Positions 57,450 to 64,000 of a DNA stretch of 64,000 nt are shown in pieces. Numbering within the stretch: position 1 is the first letter of the stretch; each line of letters opens with the position of its first letter. A model generated the notes under the pieces. It searched no databases. It worked only from the letters and a program-made list of their open reading frames with translations, and had not been told where the DNA came from. This DNA is from a virus (taxonomy: Duplodnaviria > Caudoviricetes). Position numbers and translations under genes: made by a program. The stretch lies in the IMG/VR virus record IMGVR_UViG_2595698649_000001, positions 1 to 64,000 of that record. One strand, given 5' to 3'.

Positions 57450-58011
57450 AAGATATCCAACCTGTTATAATATATTTTTCTTGTGATGGTGATGGTATAC
57501 CCCTATGAGTATGCATCCAACCTCCTGGCCAAATGAGAGTTAATCCTTTTCTTGGTTCTACAAATCTTCTTTGATAGAAAAACTCCGTTTCGCCTTCATC
57601 TTTAACATCATTTAAATAAGTCATAAAGACTAAGTGTCTTTTACTAGTATAGTCAGCACCAGTTCTTTCATCTGGTACAAAATTTTGTTCATAGTGCCAT
57701 TGTTTAAAACCACCACCTGGTGGGTAATATTGTATATTAAAGTCTTCTCTAATATCAAATTCAGGACAAGCACGATTTGCCCATACATATGTTTCACAAT
57801 AACGCCTTGCTAAACTTCTTATTTCATTAATATAATCTTTAATAAGTTTATTTGTATAAATGTTAACATGAACATCTTTACTATCTTTTTGACTTTTATC
57901 TACAGATTTATAACCTACTTTACCTGAAATTTTTTCTGAGTTACGGTGATGTTCTATTAATGCGTCACACATACTATCATCTATTCTATATTCGCCTATA
58001 AAGTTTGTCAT
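57442..58011 (-). CDS. 2OG-Fe(II) oxygenase
   Basis: NIQYYPPGGGF..WH.E, MTYLNDV..GETEF, IWP..WMHTHRG, KYIITGW. Confidence 0.85.
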   Translation of the reverse strand: MTNFIGEYRIDDSMCDALIEHHRNSEKISGKVGYKSVDKSQKDSKDVHVNIYTNKLIKDYINEIRSLARRYCETYVWANRACPEFDIREDFNIQYYPPGGGFKQWHYEQNFVPDERTGADYTSKRHLVFMTYLNDVKDEGETEFFYQRRFVEPRKGLTLIWPGGWMHTHRGIPSPSQEKYIITGWISYV

Positions 58012-58565
58012 ACTATTTTATACTCATCTAAATCTGTTATTACAAAATTACCTGATACACTATATCTTTCTACATCTGTTTTCATAACCTTGTGAGGTAA
58101 ACTTGACTTAAATATTAGTAGTGTTCCTCTTTGAACAGGCATATCAAAACTTTTCATATTGTATATATTATATTTATTATAGATAGGTTTATATAATTCT
58201 TCTTGTCCAAATGATTGAAACTGACAACTTGTACCTTTGTCTATGTAAAGAACAAAACTATATGTACTATTCATATGATAATGTACTTCGCCTTGTTGAC
58301 CTGGCATAAATTTTGTACTCCACATTCTTGTCATTTTGATAGGTGTTTGATAGTGCATAAGATTATCATTAAAATCTTTTACATGGCGTTCTATATCTCT
58401 AGTTACATCTGGTAATCTATCCCATATCATATCATCAACAGATTGAAAACCATCTGGTTCAATACTTTTATATTCTAAGTCTTTAATAATTTGTATATCA
58501 CTTTCATGTAAATGTATCTTTGTATATGCAAGTGGTTTAGAAAAGAGTGGTTGTATCTCAAGCAC
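58008..58565 (-). CDS. 2OG-Fe(II) oxygenase-like protein
   Basis: HYHMNS..SFVLY..GTLLIF.S.LPH..RYSVSGN. Confidence 0.75.
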   Translation of the reverse strand: MLEIQPLFSKPLAYTKIHLHESDIQIIKDLEYKSIEPDGFQSVDDMIWDRLPDVTRDIERHVKDFNDNLMHYQTPIKMTRMWSTKFMPGQQGEVHYHMNSTYSFVLYIDKGTSCQFQSFGQEELYKPIYNKYNIYNMKSFDMPVQRGTLLIFKSSLPHKVMKTDVERYSVSGNFVITDLDEYKIV

Positions 58566-59094
58566 GACTAATCTCCTCTAGTTTACTGCCGTCTATATCT
58601 TTAAATTCTAAGTTGAATGATACTATTGTTTTTGTTTTATCATTTTGTACAGGTGGTGCTCTGTGTATCATAAAAGACGGAAACATAACTATATCTCCTT
58701 CTTCACAGTTTAAATTCATCACTTCATTATTCCATACTTGCGTTTTTGCAGTACCGTCAAACTGTACATAGTAAACACCTGTGTAACTACGACCATGTAT
58801 ATGCCAACCGTGTGTAGAGTTTTTAGCATACTGTTGAAACCATATCTCAAATAATTCAAAGTCTTTATAACCTGCTAAGTTTGTCATTTTCAACATTTCT
58901 GGCATGAAATAAGGTAGTAATTTTTTTACCCACGGTCTTTCATAATCACCAGAATTTGCCCAATCTGACCTTGTAATATCATCATTATAATAATCATTAG
59001 ATTGTTTAATAGATTGTGCTTCTGCTGTATCTATAAGTTCTAATATATTGTTTCTAATTTGTTTATGTTCTTTTATTTTGCCGTAAAATATCAT
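58558..59094 (-). CDS. 2OG-Fe(II) oxygenase-like protein
   Basis: WFQQY...HGWHIH..YTGVYY..EGDIVMFPSFMIHRAP..KTIVSFN. Confidence 0.8.
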   Translation of the reverse strand: MIFYGKIKEHKQIRNNILELIDTAEAQSIKQSNDYYNDDITRSDWANSGDYERPWVKKLLPYFMPEMLKMTNLAGYKDFELFEIWFQQYAKNSTHGWHIHGRSYTGVYYVQFDGTAKTQVWNNEVMNLNCEEGDIVMFPSFMIHRAPPVQNDKTKTIVSFNLEFKDIDGSKLEEISRA

Positions 59095-59681
59095 CTATAA
59101 GGTTGTCCTAAACTCCATATTACTAAACTTTGACGAATGCCTGATGTAACAGGTGTAACTCTATGTTTTACAAAAGACGGAAAGATACAAATAGACCCTT
59201 TTGGTTTTATCTGATCCACAGTAAACTCGCCATGTGGTGTAACAAACTGTAAATCACCACCCTCATATTCATTTGGGTGACATAACTGTACTGAACAAGA
59301 TAGTTTTCTTATATTACCTTGTTCATTAGGTTTTGCACCTTGGTCTTCATGCCAATGATAATACTGATTTAGTTTGTACTTTGTAAACTGACATGCTTCT
59401 GACCAATGCCAATCAAAATTCCAACCAGCATTTTTATTTGCTTGTTGTATCCAAGGGTGTATCTCGTTATATATCCACTCATCATCTATCCAAGTGATAT
59501 AACTGTCTCTATGTGATAAATTTTTCTGAGCTGCTTGAGGGTTATTCTTTATGTCTTCCTCAGTCAAGTTTCCTGTCACACCTAGTCGTTCCTGGTGCTG
59601 TTGAGCAGTTTTTATTATATCATCACATACAATTTCTGGTATAACACCTGAGAAATAGTAATAATAATTTTCCAGTATCAT
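59091..59681 (-). CDS. PKHD-type 2OG-Fe(II) hydroxylase
   Basis: QFTKY..YYHWHED..RKLS..L..YEGGDL..FPSFVKHRVTPVTSGIRQSLVIW. Confidence 0.88.
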   Translation of the reverse strand: MILENYYYYFSGVIPEIVCDDIIKTAQQHQERLGVTGNLTEEDIKNNPQAAQKNLSHRDSYITWIDDEWIYNEIHPWIQQANKNAGWNFDWHWSEACQFTKYKLNQYYHWHEDQGAKPNEQGNIRKLSCSVQLCHPNEYEGGDLQFVTPHGEFTVDQIKPKGSICIFPSFVKHRVTPVTSGIRQSLVIWSLGQPYR

Positions 59682-59713
59682 ATAGGTATATATAATGCAT
59701 AAATAGTAGTATT

Positions 59714-60541
59714 ATGGCACAAAATAACCCAATAACAAGTAGAGAAACACTTAAACAATACTGCCTAAGAGCATTAGGTAAACCTGTTATTGAAATCAAT
59801 GTAGAAGACGACCAAGTAGAAGATAGAATAGACGAAGCAGTACAATACTTTGCTCAGTATCATTATGACGGTTCTGAAAGAATGTATTTAAAATATCAAG
59901 TTACAGCTGACGATATTACTAGAGCAAGAAGTAACGAAACATTATCTACAGTCACAGATACAGCAGATTCCACAGTAACATCAAGTTTTAAAGAAGGTAA
60001 AAATTATATACCTATGCCTTCAAATGTAATGTCAGTATTACAAGTATTTCCTTTTACAGACAAGGCGGCATTAAATTTATTTGATGTCAGATATCAATTA
60101 AGATTAAATGACTTGTATGATTTTTCATCTACAAGCATTATACACTACGATATGACATTAAGACATTTAGATATGTTAGACCATATTTTAACAGGTGAAA
60201 GACCAATTAGATACAATCAACACAAAAACAGATTGTATATAGATATGGATTGGGCACATGATGTCAAAGCAGGTGATTACTTAATCATTGAATGCTATCG
60301 TAAGTTAGATGGTTCTACATTTACAGATTTATTTGATGACATATTCTTAAAAAAATATTTAATTCAATTAATCAAAAAACAATGGGGTACAAACTTATCT
60401 AAATTCCAGGGAGTTGCAATGCTGGGTGGTGTTCAAATGAATGGTGAACAAATTTACTCTCAAGCACAAGAAGAAATCAACAAACTAGAAGAACAAATAC
60501 AGTTAAGTTTTGAGTTACCACCAAACTATATGGTAGGTTAA
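59714..60541 (+). CDS. gp13: neck protein gp13
   Basis: YCLRALGKPVIEINV..DQVEDRIDEA, KKQWGTNLSKF.G..LGGV..NG; CATAAATA promoter variant at 59698. Confidence 0.93.
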   Translation: MAQNNPITSRETLKQYCLRALGKPVIEINVEDDQVEDRIDEAVQYFAQYHYDGSERMYLKYQVTADDITRARSNETLSTVTDTADSTVTSSFKEGKNYIPMPSNVMSVLQVFPFTDKAALNLFDVRYQLRLNDLYDFSSTSIIHYDMTLRHLDMLDHILTGERPIRYNQHKNRLYIDMDWAHDVKAGDYLIIECYRKLDGSTFTDLFDDIFLKKYLIQLIKKQWGTNLSKFQGVAMLGGVQMNGEQIYSQAQEEINKLEEQIQLSFELPPNYMVG

Positions 60542-60544
60542 TAA

Positions 60545-61417
60545 GTGAAAAATACATATTTCTCACATGGTACACACTCAGAAAAAACTCTTTATGAAGA
60601 TTTAATCATAGAGCAGTTAAAAATATTTGGGCACGAAGTACATTATCTTCCTAGAACAACTGTAACGGAAGATAAAATATTAGGTGAAACACCTGATAGT
60701 AAGTACACAGAAGCGTATCAAATAGAAATGTATATAGAAGATGTAAACGGTTTTGCCGGTCAAGGTGATTTAATTGGTAAGTTTGGTTTAGATATGAAAG
60801 ACGAAATAACTTTCGTTGTTAGCAGGCGTTCATTTGAGTTATTAGTTGACCAACCATCAAATACAATTTCAATAAACAGACCTAGAGAAGGTGACATTAT
60901 CTACATGCCAACCTTCAAAAAGTTTTTCCAGGTAGACTTCGTTGAAGACGAAGATCCAATGTATCAGATTAATGATTTACCTATTTTCAAACTTAAAACA
61001 TCTGTTTGGGATTACAGTATGGAACTTGTTGATACAGGTATTACTGAGATTGATGAAAAATTAGAAGACGAGAATTTAGATTTATTACAAAATCAAATAA
61101 CACTAGAGATTGGTACAACATCATCAGGTAAATTACTTGCTGAAGTAACTGACGGTAATATTGAGACATTGTTAGCAGAGACAGGCGACTTAATTGTTGA
61201 CGAAGTTGATGGCGACAATATCATACTGGAAGATGACCCTAATTTTGTTGACTATATAGTGTTAGAAGATAGCAACACAACAAACATGGCGGCTGATAGA
61301 CCAGGCGCCGACAATATATCTTTTGATGATGAAGCAGGATTAAATGACAACGATACAAACAATGATATCTTTGACTTCACAGAAAAGAATCCATTTGGTG
61401 ACCCAAGTGACTTATAA
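60545..61417 (+). CDS. gp14: neck protein gp14
   Basis: EDLIIEQLKIFG..V.YLPR, IEMY, KFGL, RPREGD.IY, DFTEKNPFG. Confidence 0.92.
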   Translation: MKNTYFSHGTHSEKTLYEDLIIEQLKIFGHEVHYLPRTTVTEDKILGETPDSKYTEAYQIEMYIEDVNGFAGQGDLIGKFGLDMKDEITFVVSRRSFELLVDQPSNTISINRPREGDIIYMPTFKKFFQVDFVEDEDPMYQINDLPIFKLKTSVWDYSMELVDTGITEIDEKLEDENLDLLQNQITLEIGTTSSGKLLAEVTDGNIETLLAETGDLIVDEVDGDNIILEDDPNFVDYIVLEDSNTTNMAADRPGADNISFDDEAGLNDNDTNNDIFDFTEKNPFGDPSDL

Positions 61418-61427
61418 GGAGTAAATA

Positions 61428-62243
61428 ATGTTTAAAGACGCACAATACCATGAACTAATTAGAAAAACGATAGTAGCGTTTGGTACATTGTTTAATGATT
61501 TGTACATATATCGTAGAGCGAGTACAGGAAAAGTAAATCAAAAGATGAAAGTTCCACTTGCATACGGACCAAAACAAAAGTTCTTAGCTAGAATTGACCA
61601 AGACAGTACAAGAGGCGCTGATGATGTAAAATCAACGGCACTTACTTTACCACGAATTGGTTTTGAATTAACAGGTCTTACATATGACCCTAGCAGAAAA
61701 CTAAATCGTATTCAAAAGTTTAAGAAAGTAAAAGGCGCAGATACTAAGTCAATGACTAATGTTTATATGCCTGTACCTTACAATGTTTCTTTTACATTGT
61801 TTACTATGGCAAAAAATAGTGAAGACGCTTTACAAATTGTAGAACAAATATTACCAATGTTTCAACCTGACTATACAGTATCATTAAATGTAATGCCAAG
61901 TTTAGATATCGTAAGAGACGTTCCAATTATTCTTAATGATGTAACATACGAAGACAGTTATGACGGAACTTTTACAGACAGACGAGTTTTAATGTACACT
62001 TTATCGTTTACAGCGAAGATGTACTTATATGGACCTGTAACAAGTACAAAAGTTATTAAACAAGTTCAAGTAGACCAATATACAAATACAAGCACAGCAA
62101 CGGCGAAAAGAGAACAACGATATGTTGTTACTCCTAATCCTACAACTGCTGACGCTGATGATGATTTTGGTTTTAGTGAAACACGTTCTTTCTTCCAGGA
62201 TGCTGACAACTATGATCCTGAAAGTGGTACTGATAAAGAATAA
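61428..62243 (+). CDS. gp15: tail sheath stabiliser gp15
   Basis: IRKTIVAFGTLFN, KVPLAYGPKQKFLAR, LPRIGFE, QIVEQILP.FQP. Confidence 0.93.
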   Translation: MFKDAQYHELIRKTIVAFGTLFNDLYIYRRASTGKVNQKMKVPLAYGPKQKFLARIDQDSTRGADDVKSTALTLPRIGFELTGLTYDPSRKLNRIQKFKKVKGADTKSMTNVYMPVPYNVSFTLFTMAKNSEDALQIVEQILPMFQPDYTVSLNVMPSLDIVRDVPIILNDVTYEDSYDGTFTDRRVLMYTLSFTAKMYLYGPVTSTKVIKQVQVDQYTNTSTATAKREQRYVVTPNPTTADADDDFGFSETRSFFQDADNYDPESGTDKE

Positions 62244-62260
62244 TACATAATTTTTTTATT

Positions 62261-62812
62261 ATGACTGAGATAAAAATACACGATGGTGTTTTTGATAAGA
62301 AATGGGTTGACGATTTAGCTTATCACTTATCAACAAATGTTTCATGGATTGCTGACAATATTGCAGGAAGAAATTCTTGGCCGTATGGTCATCACGGCAC
62401 TCATAGACTTATGGGTAGAACTTTCTATAGATATAAAAATAGAAAAGATGTTACCATATATCAAAAAGAATGTTTTGAAGATTTAACAAAGGCAATAGAA
62501 CACTTAAATCCAAACTTTGAATTAGTAGAGATATTTGCTAATATGCAATTTATGGGTATGAATGGTTCTTTTCATAAAGATAGTAACAATGGTGATCCTA
62601 ATTACAAATCTTATGTTATGATGTTAACATGTGATAATTTACCTAACGAATATATAGGAGGTGAATTTATTGTAAAAGACGGAGAGACTGTACCATTTAA
62701 ACAAGGTAGAATAATAGAATTAACAGGTGATGTATTACACAAAGGTATGGCATTTAATATACCTAACACACCTAGGTTCTCAATAAAGTTTGGCGGATAT
62801 GAAAAAAGTTGA
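62261..62812 (+). CDS. 2OG-Fe(II) oxygenase-like protein
   Basis: N.Q..G..GSFHKD, GGEF, GRII....LHKG, RFSI. Confidence 0.7.
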   Translation: MTEIKIHDGVFDKKWVDDLAYHLSTNVSWIADNIAGRNSWPYGHHGTHRLMGRTFYRYKNRKDVTIYQKECFEDLTKAIEHLNPNFELVEIFANMQFMGMNGSFHKDSNNGDPNYKSYVMMLTCDNLPNEYIGGEFIVKDGETVPFKQGRIIELTGDVLHKGMAFNIPNTPRFSIKFGGYEKS

Positions 62813-63211
62813 AGATAAATTAAACGAGTTATTAGATATAACTGAAACTAAGCAAGAGATTGTTCAAACAACAACTGCTGTACCTAGACCTAATGAAAAA
62901 GAAGATATCACTAGTGATTATAAGTATAGTAGAGAAAACTTATATAATCTAGTAGAACGAGGACAAGACGCAATAGATGGTATATTAACACTTGCAAAAG
63001 AAACAGACCATCCAAGAACATATGAAGTTGCAGGTCAATTAATTAAGAATGTGGGAGAGGTAACTGAAAAGTTACTACAATTACAAGAGAAGATGAAGAA
63101 GTTAGGGGAAGAAACAAAAAAGGACCTAGCAAAGTTGAAAATAATCTCTTTGTTGGGAGTACAGCAGAATTGCAGAAACTAATAAAAGATAATAAGAATG
63201 ATAAAAATTAA
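62799..63211 (+). CDS. gp16: terminase small subunit gp16; C-terminus continues in the -1 frame after 63121
   Basis: DYKYSRENLYNLVERGQDAIDGIL..HPRTYEVAGQLIK; the -1 frame gives GPSKVENNLFVGSTAELQKL. Confidence 0.88.
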
Positions 63212-63779
63212 TGAAGAACGATTATGGGAAACTCCACTCTTTAATACTAACATTGGTGTTGACAAAGAAATATTAGATTATCTTATAAACAATAAAGATA
63301 AGATACAAGACACTAATGAAGACCCTAACGGTGCATGGGTTAGTAAAACAGACTTAGATTTTCCTCCTTTAAAAGAAACAATCAAAAGTTTTTGTCGTAG
63401 TCTATTTGCCTTAAATGTAACTGAAATTACTTTTACAAATATGTGGGCAAACATGTTAAAAAAAGGTGAGTATCATTTATTACATAGTCACAATGAGCAT
63501 ACAATGTCAGGTGCATATTACTTACAAACACCTGTAAACTCAGGACAAATATATTTCAAAGACCCAAGACCACAAACTAATTCGTGGACACAAAAATTTA
63601 TAGATAAAGGTAACATGAGATTTTATACACCTAAACCAGGTGACTTATTCATGTGGCCGAGTTTCTTAGAACATGGTACTACACCACATGGTGCAGATGA
63701 AGAAAGAATAATGTTAAGTTTTGATTTAAGATTTAACGGACCAGGATACAAATATGGACACAATGGATACAACGGCTAA
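63198..63779 (+). CDS. 2OG-Fe(II) oxygenase-like protein (TIGR02466-like)
   Basis: WAN..HSH..SGAYY..SG.IYFKDPR..WPSFLEH..RIMLSF. Confidence 0.8.
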   Translation: MIKINEERLWETPLFNTNIGVDKEILDYLINNKDKIQDTNEDPNGAWVSKTDLDFPPLKETIKSFCRSLFALNVTEITFTNMWANMLKKGEYHLLHSHNEHTMSGAYYLQTPVNSGQIYFKDPRPQTNSWTQKFIDKGNMRFYTPKPGDLFMWPSFLEHGTTPHGADEERIMLSFDLRFNGPGYKYGHNGYNG

Positions 63780-64000
63780 AAAAATATTAGTAATGGGTGG
63801 TGGTACTGCTGGTTGGTTAACGGCACTATATCTAACTAAAACTTTTCCTCAACATCATATTACATTAATGGAAAGTAAACCTATTGGTATCTTAGGTGCA
63901 GGTGAAGGTTCAACACCACATCTAGTAGCGTTTCTGAATATGTTAGGTGTAGATTTAAACGAATTACTTAAAGAATGTAAAGGTACAATTAAACAAGGTA
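63754..64000 (+). CDS. tryptophan halogenase-family flavoprotein (5' part, truncated by the window end)
   Basis: Manual translation ILVMGGGTAGWLTALYL..ITLMES..IGILGAGEGSTP..L..LG..TIKQG. Confidence 0.85.
   Translation, partial: MDTMDTTAKKILVMGGGTAGWLTALYLTKTFPQHHITLMESKPIGILGAGEGSTPHLVAFLNMLGVDLNELLKECKGTIKQG

Noticed and set aside
1-64000. tRNA or rRNA genes, integrase, transposase, introns or inteins
   Set aside because: No cloverleaf, rRNA-like tract or mobile-element motifs seen by eye; a tRNAscan/Infernal run would be needed to exclude them fully.

Overview
AT-rich 64-kb segment of a T4-like myophage genome. Its gene content resembles marine SAR11-type myophages; an alphaproteobacterial host is inferred, not proven. 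Core T4-like genes recognised are gp59, gp32, a tape-measure-like protein, gp51, gp26, gp54, gp2, gp4, gp48, gp53, a gp27-like hub, gp5, PAAR gp5.4, gp25, gp6, gp7, gp8, a 2001-aa DUF4815-like protein, four repeat-built tail fibres, gp13, gp14, gp15 and gp16. TATAAATA late promoters and near-consensus sigma70 promoters are frequent. Accessory content includes about 15 2OG-Fe(II) oxygenase-like genes, a carbamoyltransferase, a methyltransferase, a porin and the start of a Trp-halogenase-family gene. The main candidate system is a late-promoter-driven operon at 6900-13807. It couples curli secretion parts (CsgF, CsgG, a curlin, a PA14-curlin fusion) to a FecR-domain protein and a CHASE2 membrane adenylate cyclase, which could form a phage-encoded trans-envelope sensing circuit. 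Other signals are a ~206-nt structured RNA with its own promoter upstream of gp32, a possible -1 frameshift fusing gp26 and gp51, an alphaproteobacterial LexA box, a second structured element with a duplicated loop, and apparent avoidance of GATGC/GCATC. Three frame breaks in A-runs suggest homopolymer sequencing errors. All family calls are from motif recognition by eye; no searches were run.
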